From the IMG/VR virus record IMGVR_UViG_3300049448_000712: 64,000 nucleotides of DNA. One strand, written 5' to 3'. The stretch is from a virus. The translations under genes and the position numbers were made by a program. The notes under the pieces are model-generated. The model was not told where the DNA came from. It did not search any database and saw nothing but the letters and a program-made list of their open reading frames with translations. Positions 35,522 to 44,559 of the stretch are shown piece by piece (the first letter of the stretch is position 1; each line of letters opens with the position of its first letter).

Positions 35522-35853
35522 GCTTCCCCTACGACAAGCACGGCCCGACAGACTTCATTCACTGGCTCTGGCGCACCGACTACAACACCCCATGTGGTGT
35601 CAGCGACTCGTTCCTCGAAGCGTACGGCGAGTGGCAGACGCGGCCTGATGGATACAAGTTCCGCGACTGGAAGTACCGCACCGAAGACATCGACAAGGTG
35701 ACGTGCCCCTACTGCATCGCGGCGCTGCCGGACCTGCTGAGCTCGATGATCGCGTTTACGGACAAGAACCTCGAAGCAGTCCAGCGCCACCGGGCTCACC
35801 TCGACGCGCTGGTCGCCAAGGCGCTCCGCAAGCAAGGATCGAGCGGCACGTGA
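35518..35853 (+). CDS. hypothetical protein
   Basis: ORF; ATGA overlap. Confidence 0.45.
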   Translation: MSFPYDKHGPTDFIHWLWRTDYNTPCGVSDSFLEAYGEWQTRPDGYKFRDWKYRTEDIDKVTCPYCIAALPDLLSSMIAFTDKNLEAVQRHRAHLDALVAKALRKQGSSGT

Positions 35854-36116
35854 CCGACTGCTTCTCATGCGGCCAGCCGATCGTGCCGGGGCTCTTTGAT
35901 CAGAAAGGGCTCAAGACCCTGCTGCGCGACTGGAAACTGGCCTGCGCCGAGCTCCGCGTCGCGCGAGACATGAAGCTCGCCTGCGAGCTGCGCCTGGACC
36001 AACGGGTGGCGAAACTGGAGCGCGACATCGTCCGCTGGTGCTGGTCTCACGCCTTTCTGGGCGGGCGCGGTCTGGACCTGCCGAAGACCTCCCGACCGCT
36101 CTCGAGGCGAGCATGA
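35850..36116 (+). CDS. hypothetical protein
   Basis: GTG overlaps the upstream TGA; CFSCGQP. Confidence 0.4.
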   Translation: MTDCFSCGQPIVPGLFDQKGLKTLLRDWKLACAELRVARDMKLACELRLDQRVAKLERDIVRWCWSHAFLGGRGLDLPKTSRPLSRRA

Positions 36117-36328
36117 AGAGCTACATCTTCGACACCATCGCCTTCGTTCGGCACCCCGTGGAGCGGAAGGTCTGGTTCCGCGTTCACGTCTGCGCGGCGC
36201 ACACCGCTTGCCCCGAGTGCGGCAGCGAGGCCGGCGCACCGTGCGTGGGTAAGCACGGCTACATGGTGGCAACCCACTACGACCGACGCCAGCAGTACAA
36301 AACCGACTTCGCATTGCACCGCGGATGA
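36113..36328 (+). CDS. small zinc-binding protein
   Basis: CAAHTACPECGSEAGAPC; ATGA overlap. Confidence 0.4.
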   Translation: MKSYIFDTIAFVRHPVERKVWFRVHVCAAHTACPECGSEAGAPCVGKHGYMVATHYDRRQQYKTDFALHRG

Positions 36329-36398
36329 CCCGAATCGAGGAGACACAGTGGTGCGAAGGCTTTGACGCCGATGCCCCGCGGCGCAAGGGACGAAAGCG

Positions 36399-37049
36399 AT
36401 GAGTTTCACCCTCGCGCCCATCTACCTCGACGACGCGCGCGAGCTCTGCGTGCGCTACCACGGGTACGCCTCGGCTGGCGGAGTCGCGGTCTACGCGTTC
36501 GGAGTTCACGAGGGCGGCCGGCTAGTCGCCGCGTACGCCTGGCAGCCCCCGCCACCAGGTGCAGCCTCCTCGGTCTGCCCTGAGGCGCCGTACGGAGTGC
36601 TCGCGCTGTCGCGCATGGTGGCGGTGCCGAAGGCGGAGCGGGCTCTCAAGCACGTGAGCAAGCCGCTCAAGTACCAGATGAAGCGGCTGATCGATCGCAC
36701 CCGCTGGCCCGTGCTGGTGACGTACAGCGACGAGGGCGAGGGGCACAACGGGTTCGTCTACCAGTGCAGCGGCTGGGAGAAGACGAACCGCGCCGAGGTG
36801 AAGGTCTTCGAGAAGGACGGCAAGCGCGCCTCGGCGTACTCCAACGGTGGCTTCGGGAAGCGCGAGCTGGACGCGGCGGGCAAGACTTGGGTACAGCGGT
36901 GGGAGAACTGGGTCTGCCCAAGGGGTGAGGCGAAGAAGTGGATGATGGAGGGCGGCTGGGAGCGCGTGGCGATCGAGGGGAAGGTGTGGCGCTCGGGCAA
37001 CCCGGCTCACACGCTCCGACGCAGGCCGAAGCAGATGACGTTGCTGTGA
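36399..37049 (+). CDS. hypothetical protein
   Basis: ORF. Confidence 0.45.
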   Translation: MSFTLAPIYLDDARELCVRYHGYASAGGVAVYAFGVHEGGRLVAAYAWQPPPPGAASSVCPEAPYGVLALSRMVAVPKAERALKHVSKPLKYQMKRLIDRTRWPVLVTYSDEGEGHNGFVYQCSGWEKTNRAEVKVFEKDGKRASAYSNGGFGKRELDAAGKTWVQRWENWVCPRGEAKKWMMEGGWERVAIEGKVWRSGNPAHTLRRRPKQMTLL

Positions 37050-37067
37050 ACTCGAGGGAGGAAAAAC

Positions 37068-37328
37068 GTGACGATTACGCATACTGATTTGGAAGACGCG
37101 GCGCTTCTGCTCCGAAACGAGATCAAAGACGTCGATGCCAGTCTGGAGCAGATCCTCGAGAAGATGCCCAGCGAGCGCACGCTCGTCGCTGCGTTGGCAC
37201 TCAACGGGCTACTGAGCGACATGAAGTTCGAGTCGGCTCCGACGGAGGCTGCGGACACGGCCGTCAAATACGCCGACGCGCTCCTGCGCCGGCTCGCGAA
37301 GCAACACCCGATGGAGGGCGCACCTTGA
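37068..37328 (+). CDS. hypothetical protein
   Basis: GTG start; RBS gagggaggaaaaac upstream. Confidence 0.4.
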   Translation: MTITHTDLEDAALLLRNEIKDVDASLEQILEKMPSERTLVAALALNGLLSDMKFESAPTEAADTAVKYADALLRRLAKQHPMEGAP

Positions 37329-37804
37329 AGCTCGAGCGCACGTACGAAGCAGAGGCAGCGCACCAACTCTCGGCCGGCGTCCCCGACGGCCACCCGTGCA
37401 AGCGGCTCCACGGGCACCGCTACGTCTTCACGGTGGGCATCGCGGGCGACATCGATCCCGCGACGGGGATGATTCTCGAGTACGCCGAGATCGACGCGGC
37501 GGTGCTCGATACGCTCGACTACGTCGACCACCGGTTCACCAACAGGCTCGGAGAGAACGTTCGCGTCGAGGGCAGCGCGCTCATATACGAGCCCATAGAA
37601 GGCAAGATGCTCATGGCCTTCGAGCAGGCCTCCAAGGTCCGTGAGAACAGCACCGTGGAGAACCTGGGCGTGTGGTTCGTGGCAGAGCTCAAGGCCCGCT
37701 TCAAGCGCCTGCACGCGGTCGGCAAGCGGGTGCCGCAGGTGACCTCGGTGAGCATCCAAGAAGACTCGCGCAGCGTGTTCGAGGTCTGGGTCGGCGAGCA
37801 TTGA
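37325..37804 (+). CDS. queD: 6-carboxy-5,6,7,8-tetrahydropterin synthase QueD (6-pyruvoyl-tetrahydropterin synthase family)
   Basis: CKRLHGH (Cx3HGH zinc/catalytic motif) plus a downstream Glu/Asp/His region, in a ~160-aa protein. Confidence 0.75.
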   Translation: MKLERTYEAEAAHQLSAGVPDGHPCKRLHGHRYVFTVGIAGDIDPATGMILEYAEIDAAVLDTLDYVDHRFTNRLGENVRVEGSALIYEPIEGKMLMAFEQASKVRENSTVENLGVWFVAELKARFKRLHAVGKRVPQVTSVSIQEDSRSVFEVWVGEH

Positions 37805-38457
37805 AGGTCTACGTCGGGCAAACCCGCTCGAGAGAGCTCGTCGCCCGGCTGACCGAGCTCGGCTGGGGGGAGATGACGCAGCCGAAGGAGGTGCCGCCTC
37901 GCCGGCGACCCTTCGTGCTCGACAACTACGCCTTCGCTTGCTTCAAGCAGGGCAAGCCGTGGGACGAGGCCACGTTCCTGCGTTCCATCGAGCAGCTGCG
38001 CGAGCGCCGGCTCAAACCCGACTTCGTCGTCGCGCCGGACATCGTCGCGGGCGGCTGGAGCTCGCTGGCCGTGTCGCTGTCCTGGCGGAGCCGTCTGCAG
38101 GGCTTCGCTCCGGTGTACCTCGCCGTGCAGGACGGCATGACCCTCGACGGGGTCTCTCCCCAGCTCCAGGCATTCGACGGGGTGTTCGTCGGCGGGAGCA
38201 AGGAGTGGAAGTTGACCTCGGGGTACTGGTGGGTGCAGGTTGCCCACGGGATGGGCAAGCCTTGCCACATCGGTCGCATCAGCGGCCGAGAGCACACGCG
38301 GCTCGCGAAGAGTTGGGGCGCCGACTCCATCGACTCCTGCGTGCCGCTGTGGAGCGAAGAGAATCGACAGGCTGTTGTACGAGGCCTGGCCGATCCTCCG
38401 GTAGACTTCGATCCGCCGTTCATCGAGCAGTTCCTCACGGGCTGGGAGGCCTTGTAA
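37801..38457 (+). CDS. tRNA-guanine transglycosylase-like protein (DpdA-type DNA-guanine transglycosylase candidate)
   Basis: VFVGGSKEW and IDSCVPLWS resemble the TGT (A/G)IGG and DCV.P motifs. It lacks the TGT zinc-binding C-terminus, as DpdA does, and its TTG start overlaps the queD stop. Confidence 0.45.
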   Translation: MKVYVGQTRSRELVARLTELGWGEMTQPKEVPPRRRPFVLDNYAFACFKQGKPWDEATFLRSIEQLRERRLKPDFVVAPDIVAGGWSSLAVSLSWRSRLQGFAPVYLAVQDGMTLDGVSPQLQAFDGVFVGGSKEWKLTSGYWWVQVAHGMGKPCHIGRISGREHTRLAKSWGADSIDSCVPLWSEENRQAVVRGLADPPVDFDPPFIEQFLTGWEAL

Positions 38458-38664
38458 ATGGCATCGCAAGCGAAGCTGATGGCGGAGTTCAGGAGCATCG
38501 CCGACGAGCTGCTGGAGCAGGGGTATGACCAAGCCCTCTCCAACATGCTCGACATGCTCGACGCCCTCTCCGGGGAGCATGGCGTCGACTTCTACACGCA
38601 CATCGCCGCGCGCGTCGATCCGCGCGCGGCGCCACACCTCCGTTACCCCGCCAAGAGAGGCTGA
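38458..38664 (+). CDS. hypothetical protein
   Basis: ORF. Confidence 0.4.
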   Translation: MASQAKLMAEFRSIADELLEQGYDQALSNMLDMLDALSGEHGVDFYTHIAARVDPRAAPHLRYPAKRG

Positions 38665-38665
38665 G

Positions 38666-39310
38666 ATGGCTCGCAACGCACCGACCGACGACGAAGTGAG
38701 CCGCGCGAAGGACGTGCTCGAGCGCGCGTACCGCTCGTGGGTCAACGACCTGGCCGAAGAGATCCTCTACGAGTGCTTCACCGAAGACCTCGACGACAGC
38801 GATGTCCAAGAACGAGTCGATGAGCGCACCGACTCCGGGCTCATCTACACTCACGATCAGTGGACCGCCCTCACTGCGTCGCGCAGCACCCAGCAGGGTT
38901 GGGACGAGCTTCGCGACATGGGCAGCACCGACACCGAAGACCCGGTGCCCGCCTGGGCGGTGCTCACGTACCGCATCGACGTGCAGGAGATCGTCTTCAA
39001 CAGCGAGCTCTACGTGCAGGTGTCCGAAGGCTCGCGCCTCGGCGAACGCGTGCAGTGGCTCATCGAGGAGCACGGTGGCCATGAGTACCCGCTGGGCGAG
39101 GGCAGCTCGGCGTACATCGTCGGCGAAGTCGAAAACGTCAACTTCGGCATCCTCGTCACGAAAAACGACTACCACGATCACGAGTTCATCGGCCGCAGCA
39201 TGGAGCCGGAGAACCTGAAGGTGCTGATGGACCTCCTCCTCGAAGAGGGCGGCGACACAGGCAGCGAACGGGTGAGGTCCTTCCTCCGCCGCGCTGCAGG
39301 AGCGCGCTGA
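38666..39310 (+). CDS. hypothetical acidic protein
   Basis: Internal Met start; the upstream S/T-rich extension is probably artefactual. Confidence 0.45.
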   Translation: MARNAPTDDEVSRAKDVLERAYRSWVNDLAEEILYECFTEDLDDSDVQERVDERTDSGLIYTHDQWTALTASRSTQQGWDELRDMGSTDTEDPVPAWAVLTYRIDVQEIVFNSELYVQVSEGSRLGERVQWLIEEHGGHEYPLGEGSSAYIVGEVENVNFGILVTKNDYHDHEFIGRSMEPENLKVLMDLLLEEGGDTGSERVRSFLRRAAGAR

Positions 39311-39313
39311 GCC

Positions 39314-40495
39314 GTGCCGCTCTACGAGATCCACAACCAGTGGCAGGGCGCCGAAAATGAGCCGCCAGCGAACACGCCGAAGACGGTCATGCTGGGGCCC
39401 GAGTGGGACGACGACGCAATCCTCGAAGCGCTGCGCAACGTGGGGCGCAACATTTTCCTCGGAGCGGGCTACATGGTGCGCCTGCCCAACACCATCTTCA
39501 TCCCCTACCGAGGCGGTGAGCTCCACCTGAAGCGGCTCGCCGGCCGCCCAAACACGAAGGCCTTCTTTCGCGAGGAGATCGGCGTGTACGCCCAGCAATG
39601 GGCCGACAAAGAGCCCGCGACGGCTGTGCTCGAGCTCAGATGGAGCCAGGCGGACCCGACCGTCGTCGACTCGTACGTGGACGGAGACTTCTTCGGCACG
39701 TACAAGTTCCCCGCTGACCTGCTGGGCGGCCAGGTGCTTGGCATCGGCGCCAACGAGCCGCGCGAGGGGCAGGTGATGCTCGACGACGAGCCCGACGTCG
39801 TCTCGAAGGCCCGCATCGCTCTGGACTCCTTTCTCGAGCGTGGCATGCAGCCAGACCCCAGGTTCGCGCCGAAGGAGCTCGCCGCGAATGGGTCGGAGCC
39901 GGTGGTTGGAGACCGGGTGCGCTTCGCCACGCCCGAGTACAAAATCATCTCGAACTACGACATCGAGATCAGCGGGATGACTGGCACCGTCACGCAGGCC
40001 GACGACGAGCACTTCATAGTCAAACTCGACGTGTTCGAGGAGGAGCTCATCGAGTGGGAGAACGAGTGCATCTGGGACTTCTTCAACGAAGACGAGATGC
40101 CGAAGCTCGAGCTCCTGCCGGCCGAGTCCGTCGAGCTCACCGTCGCGCGCCGGTTCGCCTGGAACGTGCGCGAGTACCTCATGAACCCTCGCGACGGTCT
40201 CGGACGTCAACCGGAAGCCATCGGTTTGAAAAAGCTGCGCGAGATGGTGAAGCGCAACGCCACCGAGAACAAAGACACCGACATGTGCGCGAGCCAGGAC
40301 TTCTGCGACGCAAACATGTCGATGTCGGCGGCTATCGGCCTCGTGCTGTACGGCGATGCCGAAGACGAAGACGCCGTCGTCGACAACTTTGAAGACCCGA
40401 TGCAGAACCAGATCTGGAACGACGCCTGGGAGCTCGCCAAGCGTAACCACTTCTTCGTCGGTCCGACTTTCTACCCCCCGTACACGAAAGAGTAA
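39314..40495 (+). CDS. hypothetical protein (393 aa), paralog of the next gene
   Basis: GTG start. Shares MP(L/R)YE(I/V) and SKARIALDSFLERG with the downstream gene. Confidence 0.5.
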   Translation: MPLYEIHNQWQGAENEPPANTPKTVMLGPEWDDDAILEALRNVGRNIFLGAGYMVRLPNTIFIPYRGGELHLKRLAGRPNTKAFFREEIGVYAQQWADKEPATAVLELRWSQADPTVVDSYVDGDFFGTYKFPADLLGGQVLGIGANEPREGQVMLDDEPDVVSKARIALDSFLERGMQPDPRFAPKELAANGSEPVVGDRVRFATPEYKIISNYDIEISGMTGTVTQADDEHFIVKLDVFEEELIEWENECIWDFFNEDEMPKLELLPAESVELTVARRFAWNVREYLMNPRDGLGRQPEAIGLKKLREMVKRNATENKDTDMCASQDFCDANMSMSAAIGLVLYGDAEDEDAVVDNFEDPMQNQIWNDAWELAKRNHFFVGPTFYPPYTKE

Positions 40496-40499
40496 GGCG

Positions 40500-41435
40500 A
40501 TGCCGCGCTACGAGGTGAGCTCTCTCGATGTCTGGGGCAACGCGGTCGACGGGTACGATGTCAACAACCAGTTCCGAGAGGGCACCCTGCTCATACGGCC
40601 CGGGGCCGGCGACGCAGACTTGGTGAAGGCGCTGGTCGACAACGGCTACCTGAATCGAGCCGCCATCGGAGCTTTCGTGACCGGCGACCTTGAGGTCGGA
40701 GACAACGTCGACTTCCTCGAGATCTCCGAGCCGGACCCCACGTTCTCAGCTGTCGATGAAAACGGCGAAGCTCGCTACCTCGACGCGAACACCCGGGCCC
40801 AGGCCGAGGCCCAACTCCAAGACGGAGAGCAGGTCGAAGACGTTCAAGGCATGCGGCCCGTGCTCCACCTGGAGCTCATCCAGGGCGAGTCGGGGGCCAA
40901 GCCGTTCCTCGTGAAGCTTTTCACATACGACCAGTTGTACCGCGCGCTGCACGAGCCCAGGGGCTGGTATCCGAAAAGCGCGGTGGTCGAGCTCCGGGCC
41001 GTGCCGGGCAAGGCGAGCTCGAAAGACCTGCTGGTCGAGTCCTGGGTCAACGGCGACTACTACAACGAGCTCGAGCTCGGTGGGCTCGAGGGCGCCGAGC
41101 TGGGCATCGATCCGAACGGCAGTGTCATCAAAGGTTGGACGGACATCAACAGCCAGGCGCGCGTCGCGATGGACGCGTTCCTCGAGCGCGGCGGCGTGGG
41201 GTTGCCCACGTTCGTGCAGATCCCCGGGGTCGAGGCGCTCGGCAAAGCGATCCGAAAAAACACGGACGACTACTTTGACCAGACGATCAGCCACGAAGAG
41301 TTCGGCCGGCGCAACCGGGCCATCTGGGACAAGGCCTCTGCAGAAGGGCTCAACGCCTTGGTGCAGGAGTGGCTGAACGAGAACCCGACTCGTGAATCGC
41401 CAGAGGCCGCAGCACGACGGAGGAGGCACGACTAA
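40500..41435 (+). CDS. hypothetical protein (311 aa), paralog of 39314..40495
   Basis: MPRYEVSSLD... and SQARVAMDAFLERGG. Confidence 0.5.
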   Translation: MPRYEVSSLDVWGNAVDGYDVNNQFREGTLLIRPGAGDADLVKALVDNGYLNRAAIGAFVTGDLEVGDNVDFLEISEPDPTFSAVDENGEARYLDANTRAQAEAQLQDGEQVEDVQGMRPVLHLELIQGESGAKPFLVKLFTYDQLYRALHEPRGWYPKSAVVELRAVPGKASSKDLLVESWVNGDYYNELELGGLEGAELGIDPNGSVIKGWTDINSQARVAMDAFLERGGVGLPTFVQIPGVEALGKAIRKNTDDYFDQTISHEEFGRRNRAIWDKASAEGLNALVQEWLNENPTRESPEAAARRRRHD

Positions 41436-42019
41436 TGGCTCGGAAAACGAAGGCGCAGAAGCAGCAGGAAGAAGAAGCACGAGCGCGCAAGAAGGCGATC
41501 GAAGAGCGAGACTGGATGGTCCGAAAACTCGTCTACCAGTACGAGCACTGCCATCGCAGCCTGTTGGGGCCTCTGCCGCCTGCGCTCGTCGAGGCGGCGT
41601 ACACCAGCTTTCCGGCGCGCGGTGTTCTCGATGACTGGCTACTGGAGCACGGCATCGACGTGATGGAGTTGTCCGACCTGATCAGCGAGGCGGACTACCT
41701 GCAGCCGTATGGGCTCTCGGAAGCCGGCCGACGCGCTCACCGCATCATCCTCGACTTCCTGAAGAAGCGCGGCCTGCTCTACAGCGGTGGCACCTGCAAC
41801 GTGTTTCGCACCCCAGACGAGTGGGAGCGACATGAGAACACTGAGCTCCCCGGCGTCGAGCTCGTCGTCATCTACGATGGGGGCTCGCACAACATCGCGT
41901 TCAACTCGAGTTACGAAGACCCCGAGTTCAGCACGGCGCTTGCGGCTCAACTCGAGGCCGAAGGGCTGTATCTGCAGCCGATCAACCACTGGTCTTCAGC
42001 GGTTCACCGGCTCGAGTAG
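41435..42019 (+). CDS. hypothetical protein
   Basis: N-terminal Lys/Glu-rich helix; ATG overlaps the upstream stop. Confidence 0.45.
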   Translation: MARKTKAQKQQEEEARARKKAIEERDWMVRKLVYQYEHCHRSLLGPLPPALVEAAYTSFPARGVLDDWLLEHGIDVMELSDLISEADYLQPYGLSEAGRRAHRIILDFLKKRGLLYSGGTCNVFRTPDEWERHENTELPGVELVVIYDGGSHNIAFNSSYEDPEFSTALAAQLEAEGLYLQPINHWSSAVHRLE

Positions 42020-42044
42020 ACTCAGCGCTAGAGCGGGTACTTCA

Positions 42045-42602
42045 TCACGCGTGCGCGAAGAACAGCGGCTTGATGAGTAGGCCGAAGCCGTTCTGCAGCG
42101 AGCCCTGGTTGAACGTCGCCGCGCCAGCCTGGGCGATCTGCATCGGCGACGTCGCGATCGGCAGCACCAGCGCCACGTGGCCGTGTCCGCCTGGGTTGTA
42201 GTACGCGGCCACGACGACCTGGCCCTGCAGCGCGAGGGCCTGCGCGTCATCGGGAGAGCTCACCGCGTACCAGCCGTCAGCGCCCGAGGCCATGTAGCTG
42301 ATCTGGTTGTTCGCCAGCGTGTCGGCCGGCATCGGCACGCCCAGGTCGTCGAGCATCAGGTACAGCGCCTTGTTGCACCAGTCGGCGCCGCCGTTCGCGC
42401 CCGGCTGCAGGTCCGGGTTGTGGCCTGGGTCAACGACGGCGACCGCGTCCAGAATCGTCTGCGGATCTCTCTGGAAGACGCTGGGCGCTACCTCGTACGC
42501 GGCCGTCTTGATCTTGTTGACGAAGAACGCGATGGCAGCTGCGGCTCCGCCGACGCCGACGAGAGTGCCAACGGTGACCCATCCGCCTTTGCCCTTGCTC
42601 AT
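42045..42602 (-). CDS. membrane-anchored CHAP-like cysteine amidase/peptidase (putative peptidoglycan hydrolase)
   Basis: N-terminal TM VTVGTLVGVGGAAAAIAFFV. Candidate catalytic Cys (GGADWCNKALYL) and His (GGHGHVALVL). Paralog of 44560..45033. Confidence 0.45.
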   Translation of the reverse strand: MSKGKGGWVTVGTLVGVGGAAAAIAFFVNKIKTAAYEVAPSVFQRDPQTILDAVAVVDPGHNPDLQPGANGGADWCNKALYLMLDDLGVPMPADTLANNQISYMASGADGWYAVSSPDDAQALALQGQVVVAAYYNPGGHGHVALVLPIATSPMQIAQAGAATFNQGSLQNGFGLLIKPLFFAHA

Positions 42603-42943
42603 GTGTACCTCATGCGCGCTTCAGGAGACCGCTCGCCTGCTCTGCGGCATTCCTCCTTGAAGAAGTGGTACCTCGAAACGACTTGCCCGTCGTCATCGAG
42701 GTACTCAAGCACCTCTTCACCGGGCACGAACTCCCATCCACACGCGGCGCAGGCATGTGGACCCGTGGAGCGCTTCGGAGGAATGCGATTCGGACCATAG
42801 CCCGCTCGCTTGTGACGCGAATCATACGCCTGATGCTCCAGCGAATGCCGGAGCTCGATCTCAAGACGGCGCTGCTCGGCGCGCTTCTCTCGGATGAGCT
42901 CCAACTGCTTGAGCGCCCTCCGCGCTTTTTCCCTGTCGCTCAC
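42599..42943 (-). CDS. hypothetical protein
   Basis: ORF; CAACGWEF. Confidence 0.4.
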   Translation of the reverse strand: MSDREKARRALKQLELIREKRAEQRRLEIELRHSLEHQAYDSRHKRAGYGPNRIPPKRSTGPHACAACGWEFVPGEEVLEYLDDDGQVVSRYHFFKEECRRAGERSPEARMRYT

Positions 42944-42949
42944 GAGCAG

Positions 42950-43210
42950 CTACCACTTCGCGTAGAGGGCGTTGTGGACCTTGGTGTAGTTGAGGCCGTG
43001 ATGCGAGGCCTCGCGCAACACCGCTTCGAGATCGGCGATTCGAGCTCGGAGACGCGCGTTCTCCGCCTCAAGGGGAGATGGCGTAATGGCGGCGACGGGC
43101 GCATCAACGGAGCCCTGCTCATCCGAGCTCGGCGGAGGCGGAGGAATGATCACCGAGGGCGGAGCCGCGCGATCATCCGGCTTCGGCTTCTCACTTTTCA
43201 GTTTGCCCAT
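42950..43210 (-). CDS. hypothetical protein
   Basis: Internal start MGKLKSEKPKPDD; Pro-rich and coiled. Confidence 0.3.
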   Translation of the reverse strand: MGKLKSEKPKPDDRAAPPSVIIPPPPPSSDEQGSVDAPVAAITPSPLEAENARLRARIADLEAVLREASHHGLNYTKVHNALYAKW

Positions 43211-43610
43211 TTCTGCCTCCTTGCGCCTGCGTCCAGTGCCTACGAGCTCGTGTACCCCAACCGATGGCCAAATTGTGGGCCACATGTGCCCCAATGGCCC
43301 CCAGGAGCCCGAACTGGCGGAAGGCTGTCTCGTAGAGCGCTCCACCCAAGAGCACGTCGCCGAAGCGCGCTGCGGCGGCGTTCGGCTGCAGAGAGCCGCG
43401 CTTGAGCTCGCCCATGACGTGATCGGCCGCGAAGGTGACGGCGGTCGAGCCGTACGGCAGGTTCGGCGCCGCCCAAAGCGGCACGCCGCGGTAGAGGAAC
43501 TCTTCCTTCGCCGGCCCGAACAGGTCCTGCTCCGCGTGGAAACGCTCGCGCCCCACCTGGGTCAGCCCCTTGAGGAAGCCGTACGCGGCGCTGGCGAGCA
43601 CTGGGAGCAC
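43191..43610 (-). CDS. CPBP-family (CAAX protease/Abi) intramembrane glutamic protease, C-terminal catalytic part
   Basis: All three CPBP motifs are present: EEFLYRG (EExxxR), FAADH (FxxxH) and HVAHN (HxxxN). Confidence 0.65.
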   Translation of the reverse strand: MLPVLASAAYGFLKGLTQVGRERFHAEQDLFGPAKEEFLYRGVPLWAAPNLPYGSTAVTFAADHVMGELKRGSLQPNAAAARFGDVLLGGALYETAFRQFGLLGAIGAHVAHNLAIGWGTRARRHWTQAQGGRNGQTEK

Positions 43611-43611
43611 C

Positions 43612-44070
43612 TTACGGGCTCAGCTCCGGCAGGTACTGCTCGAGCTCTTTCTGCCGCTGCACCACCTCGACAGCGCGGACGAAGCCCAGTGCGGCGGCTC
43701 CGACACGAACGAACCCTGGCATCCGCGGGTGCAGCGCGATGTACGCCATGAAGGGGAGCTCGACGAAGAGCGACAGCGCCCGCGCGCGCTGGTCCATCGC
43801 GAGCGACAGGAGCTGGTCAGCGACCTCCGACGGCACCGCGTTGCCCTGGCCGTACGAGTACGCGGGGGCGGCCGGCTGCGCAGCCTGCTGGGCAGGAGCT
43901 CCACCCCCGAGGATCGTCGTGCCGCCGCCCGACGCCTGCACGGGGGGCTTCGTGGTGGAGTAGATGGTGCCGGACCCCATGCGGGCCTGGCCGTCGACTT
44001 CTTCGTACTCGGCGTCTTCCTCTTCGCCGAACGGCCCAAGAACGTGTCGCATGCGACTCCATTCTCCCAC
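43612..44070 (-). CDS. hypothetical protein with one hydrophobic segment; possibly the detached N-terminal part of the CPBP protease
   Basis: Its stop lies 1 nt from the CPBP ORF start, in a different frame. Confidence 0.35.
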   Translation of the reverse strand: MGEWSRMRHVLGPFGEEEDAEYEEVDGQARMGSGTIYSTTKPPVQASGGGTTILGGGAPAQQAAQPAAPAYSYGQGNAVPSEVADQLLSLAMDQRARALSLFVELPFMAYIALHPRMPGFVRVGAAALGFVRAVEVVQRQKELEQYLPELSP

Positions 44071-44078
44071 GAATCAGC

Positions 44079-44558
44079 TCAGAAAGGGATACCGGCCTCA
44101 AGCAGTTGATCGGCGAAAACTCGCATGCCCGCGGTGCGATCTGCTGGCGTTTCTGCAGTGCGAATCGCTTCTACAACGTGCCTCATCGGTCGCAGGTCTT
44201 CACGCTCCAGCCACACCATGTAGAGCAACGCCCTATGCTGCCGCTCATGAAACGCCAAGCGAACCGTTCGCTCAAGCTCCTCAACCGACCGAGGGTCGAA
44301 GCGCCACTCGGCAATGGCCCGTGCGCCGTGTGCATCGGTTTCTGTCACCCATATGATCACTTGTTTCTGGCCGCGAGCCTCTGACGGCTTCCATACCGAC
44401 GCTACGACCTGAAACACCACAGGAGCACCAGGGCCGGGATAGTCGAAGCGCCGAAGAGGCTCGCCCTTCGGGGCGCGCTGAACGACTCGTCCGTTGCCGT
44501 TCACACGAACGAAACTGAAGCCCAAGAAAAGGTCCGTGAATTCTGCCTCGGAGATCAT
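44079..44558 (-). CDS. hypothetical protein
   Basis: Internal start MISEAEFTDLF. The upstream 130 codons are S/R/T-rich and overlap the next gene out of frame. Confidence 0.4.
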   Translation of the reverse strand: MISEAEFTDLFLGFSFVRVNGNGRVVQRAPKGEPLRRFDYPGPGAPVVFQVVASVWKPSEARGQKQVIIWVTETDAHGARAIAEWRFDPRSVEELERTVRLAFHERQHRALLYMVWLEREDLRPMRHVVEAIRTAETPADRTAGMRVFADQLLEAGIPF

Positions 44559-44559
44559 T

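Noticed and set aside
37672-37804. N-terminal extension of the TGT-like ORF (ORF track starts at 37672)
   Set aside because: The upstream part overlaps queD out of frame and is Arg/Gly-rich. The start was placed at TTG 37801 overlapping the queD stop.
38489-40450. 653-aa minus-strand ORF spanning several rightward genes
   Set aside because: It runs antisense across multiple well-formed overlapping + strand genes and has artefact composition (R/V/L/A/H-rich).
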